A stretch of DNA of 64,000 bases from an uncultured Candidatus Saccharibacteria bacterium (GCA_964490395.1 CAZBAS010000001.1:147815-211814); one strand, 5' to 3'. Counted from the stretch's first letter, positions 54,126 through 63,495 are shown. Program-made: numbers and translations. Notes: generated from the letters alone by a model not told the origin.

Positions 54126-55313
54126 TTAGTCTTCAAAATCTTCTACGTCTTGGACTATAAGTTTGTCTATGTCACGAACGTCGATGAACCCAGCTTCTTC
54201 GAGGGTGCGTTTTTTCTTGAACTTTTTCTTTTTTGGTCTTTGGACAGTAGGGGTGTAGACAGTTTCAAGAATTTTATATTTATTTGTTCTGGAAACTGTT
54301 TTTACGTAGCCAAACTGTTCTTCTATGAGTTGTTCGTAGCGCAAAAATATATTTGCTACCACACGGAGGTGGCCGTGAGGCTCTAAATGGCTTTTTGCTT
54401 CGCGAATAAATAGTTCGCTATCGGTATAATAGGTGTCGTGGCCTTTGTGAAATGGGGGGTTGGCAACAATGAGGTCGTATAGTCCTTCGGCTTTTGAAAA
54501 TACATTACTAGCAAACACTGTGCAGTTCGATATAGCATTTTCTGCAAGTGTCTTTTCTGTAGAGGCAAGTGCTAGGGCGTTTGTGTCTACCATGTCTACG
54601 TGTGCCAGCGGCTCGCTCAGTGCCAGCGTCATGCCTATGGTGCCAGCGCCGCAGCCCCAATCTAGTACGCGTTTTGCGGTACCCGTATCCGTAAAGGTTT
54701 GTAGCAGGAGTTCTGTTCCTTCGTCTAGTTTACCATGACTGAAAACGCCCGGGAGAGAGAACACAGTAAGAGAGGGTAGAGGCGAGAGATTAGTGGAGAG
54801 AGTAGATACGTCTACTGTATAAGAGTGCCACCAGTCGTTTAAGTTAAAGGGTTTGAGCGCAACTGTTTTATTGGCTGCATAAAATGAGGAGTGGCGAGCA
54901 GAGTCACTAAACACTACGGGGCCAATAAGTTTTTCCAACGTTTTTTTGGCAGATTTAATGCCTGCATTATTTTGCCCTACTACAATAACTTCAGCGCTGG
55001 GATTTTTTTCCAGGGCTTCGCTTATCCAGTGGAGGGTCATTTCTATTTCCAAATCACTCTTGGGTAAGAAGAGGATAATCTGATTGAACTTTTTTTTACC
55101 TAGGAAGTGTGTTCCAAAACTTGCTTGGTATGTTTCAGTAAGCGCTTCCGTGTACAGGCCGTAGTCTGTGGTTTGCACCTCGGTGAGTGAATTTGTTGCT
55201 GCAATGGCTGCTACAGCGGCAAGTTCTGGTGGGTTCACCAAAAGAACTGAACCGGTAATTCGTTCAATATTTCGTATTATTAACTGGGTAGACGGATGTA
55301 ATTCTGTGCTCAT
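54126..55313 (-). CDS. rRNA (guanine-N2)-methyltransferase, RsmC/RlmG-like
   Basis: VLDWGCGAGTIG motif I and the NPPFH motif. Lys-rich C-terminal tail. Confidence 0.65.
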   Translation of the reverse strand: MSTELHPSTQLIIRNIERITGSVLLVNPPELAAVAAIAATNSLTEVQTTDYGLYTEALTETYQASFGTHFLGKKKFNQIILFLPKSDLEIEMTLHWISEALEKNPSAEVIVVGQNNAGIKSAKKTLEKLIGPVVFSDSARHSSFYAANKTVALKPFNLNDWWHSYTVDVSTLSTNLSPLPSLTVFSLPGVFSHGKLDEGTELLLQTFTDTGTAKRVLDWGCGAGTIGMTLALSEPLAHVDMVDTNALALASTEKTLAENAISNCTVFASNVFSKAEGLYDLIVANPPFHKGHDTYYTDSELFIREAKSHLEPHGHLRVVANIFLRYEQLIEEQFGYVKTVSRTNKYKILETVYTPTVQRPKKKKFKKKRTLEEAGFIDVRDIDKLIVQDVEDFED

Positions 55314-55446
55314 AGGTAGCTATATATTACCCGAACCTGGCCCATGTTACAATTGTTACAGAGCCTGCTTTAGGTCTATGTGCCTGACGACGCCGGTGGG
55401 CGTTTTATAGGCTATTTTACTTGATTCATAATTCTGCATTTAGCAC

Positions 55447-56361
55447 ATGTACGACGTAATCATAATAGGTGGTGGTCCCGCTGGTATGACAGCGGCAATT
55501 TATACAGCTCGCAAAAAACTTAAAACATTGCTTCTTGCCAAGCAAATGGGTGGGCAAATGGTGTGGAGTAGTGACGTAGAAAACTACACTGGTTTTTCCA
55601 TGCTTTCAGGTGCGGACTTGGCTTTGAAATTTGAGGAACACCTCAAAAGCATTCCAGAGGACTTAGAGGTAAAGGATGGTACTGAAGTGGTACATATAGA
55701 GCGCAACATTACCACTTTTGAAGTGCAAACCAAGACCGAAGAAACATTCTATGCTAAAGCAGTTATTATTGCTTCAGGTAAGGAGCCTCGGCATTTGGGT
55801 ATACCAGGGGAAGAAAAGTTCTACGGCCGTGGTGTTGCCGTTTGCGCTACCTGTGACGCGCCGCTGTATAAAAACAAAGACGTTGCAGTGGTAGGCGGTG
55901 GCAACAGCGCCATGGACGCGCTTCTTGCATTGTCTAAGGTTGCACGAAAGATATACAGCATAAACGTAAATGAACAGCTTACTGGTGATAGTGTGCTTAA
56001 GGCAAAGATTGAAAGTAATCCGGCCATTTCTTTTTACACTGCAACCAAAACACTTGAGGTGCAAGGTGAAAAGGGGATAACTGGATTGGTGGTGCAAAAA
56101 GCGGGTGGCGCCCCAGAAACAGTGCCAGTGTCAGGAATATTTGTAGAAATAGGATACTCGCCCTCAAACAGTTTTGATCGCCTGAGCGATAAAAACGAAA
56201 AAGGGGAAATAAAAGTAGATGGTAATTTGCAGACCTCTATCCCTGGACTCTTTGCTGCGGGCGACATAAATGATGCCTGGGGTGAGCAAATAATTATTGC
56301 TGCGGGCGAAGGCGCAAAAGCTGCTTTGGCCGCCGCAAACTATGTAAATGGAATCAAATAA
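55447..56361 (+). CDS. thioredoxin reductase-like flavoprotein (second TrxB paralog)
   Basis: GGGPAGMTAAIY, CATCDA and VVGGGNSAMD motifs. Confidence 0.75.
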   Translation: MYDVIIIGGGPAGMTAAIYTARKKLKTLLLAKQMGGQMVWSSDVENYTGFSMLSGADLALKFEEHLKSIPEDLEVKDGTEVVHIERNITTFEVQTKTEETFYAKAVIIASGKEPRHLGIPGEEKFYGRGVAVCATCDAPLYKNKDVAVVGGGNSAMDALLALSKVARKIYSINVNEQLTGDSVLKAKIESNPAISFYTATKTLEVQGEKGITGLVVQKAGGAPETVPVSGIFVEIGYSPSNSFDRLSDKNEKGEIKVDGNLQTSIPGLFAAGDINDAWGEQIIIAAGEGAKAALAAANYVNGIK

Positions 56362-56435
56362 GTAGAAAGTTCATAAAGTACATAAAGTCCGTAAAGTAAT
56401 ACTTTATGAACTTTCTACTTTATGACTTTATAAAC
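56361..56435. repeat. family-B palindromic element (TAAAGT units), copy B1
   Basis: AGTAGAAAGTTCATAAAGTACATAAAGTCCGTAAAGTAAT|ACTTTATGAACTTTCTACTTTATGACTTTATAAAC. Fills the trxB2-purF intergenic region. Confidence 0.7.
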
Positions 56436-56439
56436 CTGT

Positions 56440-57858
56440 ATGGAGTTAAACGAAAAGTGCGCGGTATTTGGAATATATGGTAGGGATATAGACGTGGCGA
56501 GGCTTACCTTTTTTGGGTTGTATTCGTTGCAGCATCGTGGCCAAGAAAGTTCGGGTATAGCAGTGAGTGACGGAAGCGAACTGTATTGCTACAAAAACAA
56601 TGGGCTTGTTGCGCACGTGTACGACGAAGTACATATTCGTGCTCTGAAGGGCCATATAAGCGTGGGGCACAATCGCTACTCTACTTCGGCTGGTAGCGGC
56701 TTGCATCATGCGCAGCCCATTCTTACAGCTGGAAATAAAGTTGCAGTAGCGCACAATGGTAATTTGCCCAGCGTGGTTGCGTTGCTCGCATTTTTGAAGA
56801 GCGTGGAAAGAAACACCGAAGGGAAATCTGACTCTGCACTGATAGCGGATGCAGTAGGGTATTACGTTGAGCAGGGCATGGCTCTTGCAGAAGCGGTTGA
56901 AAAAGTATTTCCTCTCATGACCGGTGCGTTTTCCCTGCTATTTATGGACGCACAAACGCTGGTTGCGGTGCGAGACGGCTTTGGTATTCGCCCGTTGTGC
57001 CTTGGCCAAATAGGGGAAGCGCATGTAGTTTCGTCTGAGACCTGCGCGCTCGATGCCATTGGTGCTACCTATGTGAACGATGTTGCGCCAGGAGAGCTCG
57101 TTGCCATTAACGCCAGCGGTCTTACCAGAAAACAGCTCGTGGCCCCCGACCAAAAAATGGATATATTTGAATATATCTATTTTGCGCGCCCCGATAGTAT
57201 GTTGCTGGGGCAATCTGTATATGAGGTGCGATGCAGGTTTGGTAAACAGCTGGCAGCAGAGTATCCCGTTGATGCAGATATAGTAGTGCCTGTTCCAGAA
57301 ACTGCAAACCCCATGGCTATAGGGTATGCGCGCGAGTCTGGCCTGCCGTTTGAAATGGGTCTCATTAAAAACAGGTATGTGCATCGAACGTTCATTGAGC
57401 CCGACCAGCATATACGTGACCTCGGCGTTAAGATGAAACTGAATCCACTCCCGTCCGTGCTGAAAGGTAGGCGCGTGATTGTGGTTGATGATTCCATTGT
57501 TCGTGGTACTACGTCGCGGCAAATAGTACGCATGTTATTCTCGGCTGGTGCTACAGAAGTTCACTTTTTGGTTAGTTCGCCGCCCGTGCGATTTCCAGAT
57601 TTTTACGGCATAGACTTAGCGAGTCAATCGCAGATGCTGGCGTTCCGAAAGTCGGTAGAAGATATGCGTGTGTTTTTAGGCGCTACTTCCCTTGGGTTTT
57701 TGTCTTACGAAGGCATGATTGCTGCTACAGGGGTCCCTGAGTCGAGCTTGTGTACCTCCGTATTTACCGGGCACTATCCTTTGCCTATTCACGAACGAGA
57801 AGCGGATGTGTCACATACGGTGTTGCCAGACGCAGATGCATCGCGAGTAATTGTATAG
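56440..57858 (+). CDS. purF: amidophosphoribosyltransferase
   Basis: N-terminal nucleophile context EKCAVFGIYG. GHNRYSTSAG. PRTase motif VIVVDDSIVRGTT. Confidence 0.85.
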   Translation: MELNEKCAVFGIYGRDIDVARLTFFGLYSLQHRGQESSGIAVSDGSELYCYKNNGLVAHVYDEVHIRALKGHISVGHNRYSTSAGSGLHHAQPILTAGNKVAVAHNGNLPSVVALLAFLKSVERNTEGKSDSALIADAVGYYVEQGMALAEAVEKVFPLMTGAFSLLFMDAQTLVAVRDGFGIRPLCLGQIGEAHVVSSETCALDAIGATYVNDVAPGELVAINASGLTRKQLVAPDQKMDIFEYIYFARPDSMLLGQSVYEVRCRFGKQLAAEYPVDADIVVPVPETANPMAIGYARESGLPFEMGLIKNRYVHRTFIEPDQHIRDLGVKMKLNPLPSVLKGRRVIVVDDSIVRGTTSRQIVRMLFSAGATEVHFLVSSPPVRFPDFYGIDLASQSQMLAFRKSVEDMRVFLGATSLGFLSYEGMIAATGVPESSLCTSVFTGHYPLPIHEREADVSHTVLPDADASRVIV

Positions 57859-57929
57859 CCAAAAGCTTCAATTTTTCATCGCGACAAGGCTTTGCGAAGA
57901 GGCAACCTAAAGTTTGTATATAGGACACG

Positions 57930-58856
57930 TTGGATTGCCGCGTCGGATGCAAGGCCAATCTGATAAAGATAAAAGTTTTCTCATATTTTTACTTTTTCCT
58001 CATGCACAATTTCTTTCTTACCATAATTTTTTGGATAGATCGGTTCCTCCAGCTGCTTGGTTTAAGACGACAGCGGCAGCTTGGGGTTATTTACGATAGT
58101 GTTACCAAGCAGCCCATAGACCCAGTTGTGGTGAAACTTATAGATGTGCATACATCCAAAGTTATTGCTTCGAATATTGCCAACATGCAAGGCGAGTATG
58201 GGTTCATGGCAGACCCGGGTTTGTACCAAATATATGTGCAGCGCCCGCACTATGCATTTCCCTCTACGCGCATACAAAGTTTACGTGATGGCGTGTACTA
58301 CCCCGTGTACCATGGAGAAAATTTTGAGTTCGTCGGTGGTAAGGACGTTATTTCCATGAGTATACCGCTGGACCCCATTGCGGCTGACTGGAACCAAGAA
58401 GCCAAAAAAGCCACCATGCCTGTGCATCCAGTGCTCCAATATGCCATTAGTGTAATACTGCGAATATTGTTTTGGTCTGCATTGCTACTCACTGTTATAA
58501 CATTCCTCGCAACAAGGGCTGACCTATGGGTGTATGTGCTCGGTGCGTATGTTTTGGTTATTTTGCTCGCGCTTATTACTCCTCGTGTGCGCTTGTGGGG
58601 GAGGGTGCGCGTTAAAAAAGGCGGGCTACCTGTTGTGGGCGCAAGTGTAGAAGTGTCTCATGCAAAACTCCCCGGAGTTATAATAGCCAAAGCAGTAACC
58701 GTAACAGATGGTAAGTTTTTTATCCGCATTGGCCGAGGCTCATATACCGTAACGGTAAAAGTGCCTCCACTTAAAGACGGGCCTCCCGCACCGCCCATAG
58801 AATTCAGCATCCACGCTGGCTCAACTGGCGTTTTAAACCGGGAATTTTATATATGA
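57930..58856 (+). CDS. membrane protein with two carboxypeptidase-regulatory-like beta domains
   Basis: GVIYDSVTKQPIDPVVVKL... and GRVRVKKGGLPVVGASVEV...TDGKFFI are separated by 2 TMs. The start may be the internal ATG at 58002 (MHNFF). Confidence 0.4.
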   Translation: MDCRVGCKANLIKIKVFSYFYFFLMHNFFLTIIFWIDRFLQLLGLRRQRQLGVIYDSVTKQPIDPVVVKLIDVHTSKVIASNIANMQGEYGFMADPGLYQIYVQRPHYAFPSTRIQSLRDGVYYPVYHGENFEFVGGKDVISMSIPLDPIAADWNQEAKKATMPVHPVLQYAISVILRILFWSALLLTVITFLATRADLWVYVLGAYVLVILLALITPRVRLWGRVRVKKGGLPVVGASVEVSHAKLPGVIIAKAVTVTDGKFFIRIGRGSYTVTVKVPPLKDGPPAPPIEFSIHAGSTGVLNREFYI

Positions 58857-59192
58857 TCCCTCATCCTCAAACCCCTCTCGGGCAGCCTTATAGCCTTTAC
58901 AAGTTGGCTAAAACATGGTATTATAAGCGGTCCCAAATGGACCAAAAACAAAACTTGCACCACTGCAAGTTTTTAGTTTGTACTTTTACATATAAACGGG
59001 GGAGTTATTTTAGAGAGGTTAGTGTATGAATTTTGGACTTACCAGCAACGCGAAAAGTATTACAAAAGTTTGTGGAATATTTTTTGCGTTGTTGGTTTGT
59101 GCGTAATAAAAAATGTGCTGCGAGCAGTGCATCAATAAATACGCGTTTTGCATTTCCATTGAGCGCTCGTAAGGCGCTGTAACTCGGAGGGT

Positions 59193-59978
59193 GTGATGGC
59201 ATTTGCTCTTTGTTGTCTGAGAACGGCCGTTGCTGTTCTCGCGTTGTTTGCGTGCGTGTTTTCTTGCGCGCTGGCGCAACAGCAAAACCCAGCTATTCAG
59301 CTTGGCGTTGCCGTGGCTGATGGCAATGGTAACGCGACCGTTGCCGTGGGCCTGCAGTCCTCGGGCCAGGTGGCCGGGTATGGATTAAGCGTTTCTTATG
59401 ATTCCACTGAATTGGAATTTGTAAAAGCGAGCAATAACACGCAGAATTTGAGCTGTAATTTTAATTCTGCACGGCTTGGTGTTGTGGGCGTTGCCTGTGC
59501 GTTTCTTGGCTTGCCAACTTTTCCGACGGGTTATGTTGAGCCCGTAAGTCTGGTCTTTCAGACAAAGAAAAAGGGTGGTGTCTTTGTGCTGGGCACCGGA
59601 GACTTTCCAGTGCAGCAGCAAATAAGCGACTCGCGTGCGCGCGAGTTATACGCCAAGTTTGACGGCGGGTTTATTCTCGCACACCAGCCAACGGCGTACG
59701 TCAGCGCCCATCTACCCTCCAGCAACTCTACCACTCCGGTGGCGTATGTGTTTGCTGGCGGCTTACGAGATGCTGACTACGCCGAGGTCTGGGTAGATAA
59801 TAACTATGGAAGTTACATCATAGATATTATTTACCCTGGGCATGGTGATAGTCGGTCCGCATTTATAGCGCCCGGGCAAGTCAGCAGAATTCGCGTTGTG
59901 CCCGTTGTGCGGGGCCGTCGCTTAAACACGGTGGCAACAGTTTTCGTTGTCACCAGTATGCCGTTTGGCATACAATAA
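59193..59978 (+). CDS. secreted hypothetical protein (high-GC gene)
   Basis: Signal peptide AVAVLALFACVFSCALAQQ. Roughly 57% GC, well above the surrounding sequence. Confidence 0.4.
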   Translation: MMAFALCCLRTAVAVLALFACVFSCALAQQQNPAIQLGVAVADGNGNATVAVGLQSSGQVAGYGLSVSYDSTELEFVKASNNTQNLSCNFNSARLGVVGVACAFLGLPTFPTGYVEPVSLVFQTKKKGGVFVLGTGDFPVQQQISDSRARELYAKFDGGFILAHQPTAYVSAHLPSSNSTTPVAYVFAGGLRDADYAEVWVDNNYGSYIIDIIYPGHGDSRSAFIAPGQVSRIRVVPVVRGRRLNTVATVFVVTSMPFGIQ

Positions 59979-60416
59979 ACTTCTCTTCCTAAGACGCGGC
60001 AGGCTGGTACTTACTACAGTTTGCCGCGTCTTTTCGTTTGGGTACTTTTGATAATGAATTCGCACTTTTATCATGTTTAAGCCATGTCTAGCTATTTACA
60101 ATATACTCATTATATTGTATAATAGTAAAGTTGCGTAAATAGCAACAGAAACAAAAACTTGTTGGGAAACCTCTCAAGTTTTTTTATTTGTTCTTTTCAA
60201 TATTTAGGGGGATTTATTTTAGAGAAGGTTATTTTTAATTGTTTCATTGTTTTTGGTTTTATGGTACTACGAGAAGTAGGAAGAGCGCGGATAATATTAC
60301 CCGCTTTATTTCTACCTCTCGTATACCACTTACGGCGCAATTGGTGCGTTCGTGTAGTGGTAGGTAACAAACTTAGCAGTCCAACCCGTCCGCGGTGGAA
60401 AGCCCGGACAAGGAGT

Positions 60417-61247
60417 ATGCAGACAATGAAAAAGTATCCGACATTTCCCAAGCTTGCAGCACTCTGCTGCGCAATCGCCATGGCCGTGATCACGCTCTGT
60501 TCAGCCACCACAGCCCAAACCCGTAAACCTGTCGAAACCATTATTGGTCAACTGAACGCGGACCCGACCACTGCCCTGAGTCTGGTTCATGCAGTGAGTG
60601 GAAATGACGAGTTTGGTGTCTACATGGCACCGACATTCAGTACGTGGTTGAACGATGGGCTCAACAGTTATGGGGTTCGTTTTTTGAAGTCCTACGCAAA
60701 GCCGGCACGTTTGCAAATCGTTCAGTACAAGCTGGACTACGATGGCAGATTCATTCCCCTTGGTCAGTTGAATATCAAAGCAGATTTGAGCGGCGGGCTC
60801 AAAGAGCGCAAAATCGAAGACATCGCGCAGGCGTTCATGAACCCTCGTACAAACGGGGGAACGCCGATAATGTCCGTTTTCTTTCTCAGTGCTGAGGAGG
60901 GTGGTATTCTTGACGCCGCTATAATTTATCAGTATCACAGGCAAACTTACACCATGGCCGGAGATTTTTTTACGGACTATAGCGTGAAAGGTTTGTCTGT
61001 GAGCTTTGCTGGGCGCTTTACTCCCAACACAGCGTGGCGCTATGCGGTCATTACGAGTAATGGTGACGTAATTGATTCGGGCGACGCGGCCATGGTTAGC
61101 GGACCAGACGGTATTGGTATAAAGGTCAACATTCGGCCCGACCGTCTTTACGCCGATTTCATGGCTGTCTCAATCGTGCTTACTAACCGTAATACGGCGC
61201 AGGTTTTGTTTGCGCCGGACGTAACCGTCATTGGTCAGACTCGCTAG
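60417..61247 (+). CDS. secreted hypothetical protein (high-GC gene)
   Basis: Start re-assigned to the ATG at 60417 (AAGGAG ribosome-binding site). Signal peptide LAALCCAIAMAVITLCSATTAQT. Confidence 0.4.
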   Translation: MQTMKKYPTFPKLAALCCAIAMAVITLCSATTAQTRKPVETIIGQLNADPTTALSLVHAVSGNDEFGVYMAPTFSTWLNDGLNSYGVRFLKSYAKPARLQIVQYKLDYDGRFIPLGQLNIKADLSGGLKERKIEDIAQAFMNPRTNGGTPIMSVFFLSAEEGGILDAAIIYQYHRQTYTMAGDFFTDYSVKGLSVSFAGRFTPNTAWRYAVITSNGDVIDSGDAAMVSGPDGIGIKVNIRPDRLYADFMAVSIVLTNRNTAQVLFAPDVTVIGQTR

Positions 61248-61359
61248 TCTGGCCGCCTGAATAACCTTCCCTCACCCTAGGGCGTGGATAGCTATCTTTA
61301 TGGAGTTAAACACTTCGTAACACTAGCAATCCACGCCCTTTGTATTTTTATATTTTTAA

Positions 61360-61401
61360 TTATTAGAATTCTACTCACAATTGTGAGTAGAATTCTAATA
61401 A
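61360..61401. repeat. perfect 42-bp palindrome containing ATTAGAA/TTCTAAT heptads
   Basis: TTATTAGAATTCTACTCACAA|TTGTGAGTAGAATTCTAATAA. Confidence 0.85.
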
Positions 61402-61472
61402 TTAATATATTTTGTATAGATAATAAAACCGGCAGCCGCTTCGTTGGTGCTGAAGTGGTGTCGGTCGGGAGA

Positions 61473-61745
61473 TTATGGTCTTTTTATACGGTTTGCTTCG
61501 GCCTCGGGCATGCCGAGAGTTTCCGCTGCCAAATAAATTTGTACTGCCTCATCGTCCTCAATGGCCTTATTTGCCATGAGGTCTACGAGTATTCCCTTGC
61601 ATGATCGCATGGAGAAGAATTTGAAGAGCACTCGTTCGACCCCATGCTCACATGTAATAAATACATATGCATGCGGCATGAAGTCTGCAAAAAGGCAGTT
61701 CGTACATCTGGCTACTCGCCAGCGAGGCTGAGAGTTGTCTGCCAT
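61473..61745 (-). CDS. hypothetical Cys-rich small protein
   Basis: 90 aa, CTNC...C.HG. Possible zinc ribbon or Fe-S binding. No family recognised. Confidence 0.3.
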   Translation of the reverse strand: MADNSQPRWRVARCTNCLFADFMPHAYVFITCEHGVERVLFKFFSMRSCKGILVDLMANKAIEDDEAVQIYLAAETLGMPEAEANRIKRP

Positions 61746-61976
61746 GAGCTTCCCTCCTTATGGCTGTTGGTCGTCTCGTGGCTATTTTGAGACGGGGAGT
61801 TTTAATTTGGTCACGAGTTTCTGAGTAGGGTAGTGCGTACCTCTGGAGATGCGCAGCAACTACTCACAAATTGGGACAGTTTTGGTTTGACGTCCCATTA
61901 TAGATGATTGATGAGGGTTTTGGAAGGGGCGGTTAAAGGTGCCTCTCCCAACCCTCTCCACGTAGGAGAGGGGAAT

Positions 61977-62004
61977 ACAAAAGACTGCCATAAGGCAGCC
62001 TTTT
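61977..62004 (-). terminator. Rho-independent terminator of efp
   Basis: AAAAGACTGCC-ATAA-GGCAGCCTTTT followed by GTATT on the minus-strand sense. Confidence 0.6.
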
Positions 62005-62061
62005 GTATTGGGTACTGAAAGCTAAAAAGCTAATCAGCTAAGAAGCTACTAGCTATGTATG

Positions 62062-62619
62062 CTAGTTCGCGCGTTCTATGTATTCCCGGGTGCGGGTGTC
62101 TACAACAATGGATTCACCTTCTTTTATAAAGAGAGGAGCGTCTACTACAAGGCCGGTTTCGAGCGTGATCTTTTTGGTAACAGAACCGCCAGAGTCACCG
62201 CGAATGCCTGGAGGGGCATCGGTAACTTTGTACACAACCTTTATAGGAAGTTCAATGGATACAGGCTGGCCGTTGAAGCGCAGCACAGAGACTTCTATGC
62301 CTTCTTTGAGCAATGGTTCCTGCTCCTCGGTAACTTCTTTGTTAAAGTCTATTGGCTCAAACGTTTCGTTGCTCATAAAGTGAGTACCGTCGCTGTCTGT
62401 GTAGAGGAAGTTTGCTTTCTCGCGTGATACATCTGCTTCGTCTATTTTTTCACCAAACTTGAACGAATATTCCATTACCTTGCCGGTAATAACGTTACGC
62501 AACTTAGTTTGCATAACTGGCTTGCGCTGAGCAGTGCGCATGCGGTTGGACCAAATTACCTGAAACGGATCGCCGTTGTACAGGATAATGGTCCCGACTT
62601 TCATATCGTTTAAATCCAT
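62062..62619 (-). CDS. efp: elongation factor P
   Basis: 185 aa. KOW-like N-terminus and two OB domains. Typical EF-P length and pattern. Confidence 0.85.
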   Translation of the reverse strand: MDLNDMKVGTIILYNGDPFQVIWSNRMRTAQRKPVMQTKLRNVITGKVMEYSFKFGEKIDEADVSREKANFLYTDSDGTHFMSNETFEPIDFNKEVTEEQEPLLKEGIEVSVLRFNGQPVSIELPIKVVYKVTDAPPGIRGDSGGSVTKKITLETGLVVDAPLFIKEGESIVVDTRTREYIERAN

Positions 62620-62631
62620 GGGTCTAGTAAT

Positions 62632-62691
62632 TAGTTGTCAGTAGTCAGTTGTCAGTGTGAAACTGACCACTGACTACTATATTCTGACTAC
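62632..62691. repeat. family-C palindromic element (GTCAGT units), copy C1
   Basis: TAGTTGTCAGTAGTCAGTTGTCAGT-GTGAAA-CTGACCACTGACTACTATATTCTGACTAC. Ends 6 nt before the rpsR stop. Confidence 0.75.
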
Positions 62692-62696
62692 GTATT

Positions 62697-62936
62697 TTAT
62701 GCAGCTACAAACGGGAGGAAGGCCATGTGGCGAGCGCGCTTGAGAGCCAAGGTTATCATGCGCTGGTGCTTTGAGCAGCTGCCGGTTTTCTTCCGGTTCA
62801 TTATTTTAGCGTGCGGGGACATAAAGCGGCGCAGAGTCTGCCCGTCTTTATAGTCTACTGTCGTAATCTTGTTTGTGCAGAAGTAACAATTCTTCTTCAC
62901 AACTGGGATGTCTTTATCTCTCTGTTGAGGTCTCAT
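62697..62936 (-). CDS. rpsR: 30S ribosomal protein S18
   Basis: CYFCTNKITTVDYKDGQTLRRFMSPHAKIMNRKKTGSCSKHQRMITLALKRARHMAFLP is the S18 signature. Confidence 0.9.
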   Translation of the reverse strand: MRPQQRDKDIPVVKKNCYFCTNKITTVDYKDGQTLRRFMSPHAKIMNRKKTGSCSKHQRMITLALKRARHMAFLPFVAA

Positions 62937-62948
62937 AAATGTAAGTAC

Positions 62949-63008
62949 TTAGTTGTCAGTAGTCAGTTGTCAGTACAAAACCGACTACTGACCACTATAT
63001 TCTGACTA
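62949..63008. repeat. family-C palindromic element, copy C2
   Basis: TAGTTGTCAGTAGTCAGTTGTCAGT-ACAAAACC-GACTACTGACCACTATATTCTGACTAC. Starts 13 nt after the rpsR start. Confidence 0.75.
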
Positions 63009-63012
63009 CTGT

Positions 63013-63495
63013 TTAAAATGGTATATCTTCTACTTGAATGTCGTCGGCTTGGATGGTGGGGAGCTCGTCGTTATTGTCCAGAGCTTCGCCGCCTTTGCTT
63101 GGGCCCTGTGATGCAGCTGGTGCTTGCTGAGAGAAACCTTCTCCCGCATTTCCACTGCTACCACTTGGCTTGCCAAGCATAATCATGTTATCAGCAATAA
63201 TTTCGGTGCGGTATTTCTTTTGTCCGTCCTGTGCATCCCAGCTTCTGGTTTGCAGGCGTCCTTCCAAATATACTTGCGTACCTTTTTTCAAGTACTGTGC
63301 TGCAATATCTGCAAGTTTGCGCCAGAGGACTACGTTATGGAACTCAGTCTGCTCAACCTTTTGGCCTGTTTGCTGGTTGGTGTATGCATACCCAGTCGCT
63401 ATGCTTAGCTGGCATACGTTTACTCCGGAAGGAGTGGCGCGTAGCTCAGGGTCGCGGGTAAGGCGACCAATGATCATAACTTTGTTTAAGTCCAT
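63013..63495 (-). CDS. ssb: single-stranded DNA-binding protein
   Basis: OB fold (MDLNKVMIIGRLTRDPELR...). Gly/Ser-rich linker. Acidic C-terminal DIPF. Confidence 0.85.
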   Translation of the reverse strand: MDLNKVMIIGRLTRDPELRATPSGVNVCQLSIATGYAYTNQQTGQKVEQTEFHNVVLWRKLADIAAQYLKKGTQVYLEGRLQTRSWDAQDGQKKYRTEIIADNMIMLGKPSGSSGNAGEGFSQQAPAASQGPSKGGEALDNNDELPTIQADDIQVEDIPF

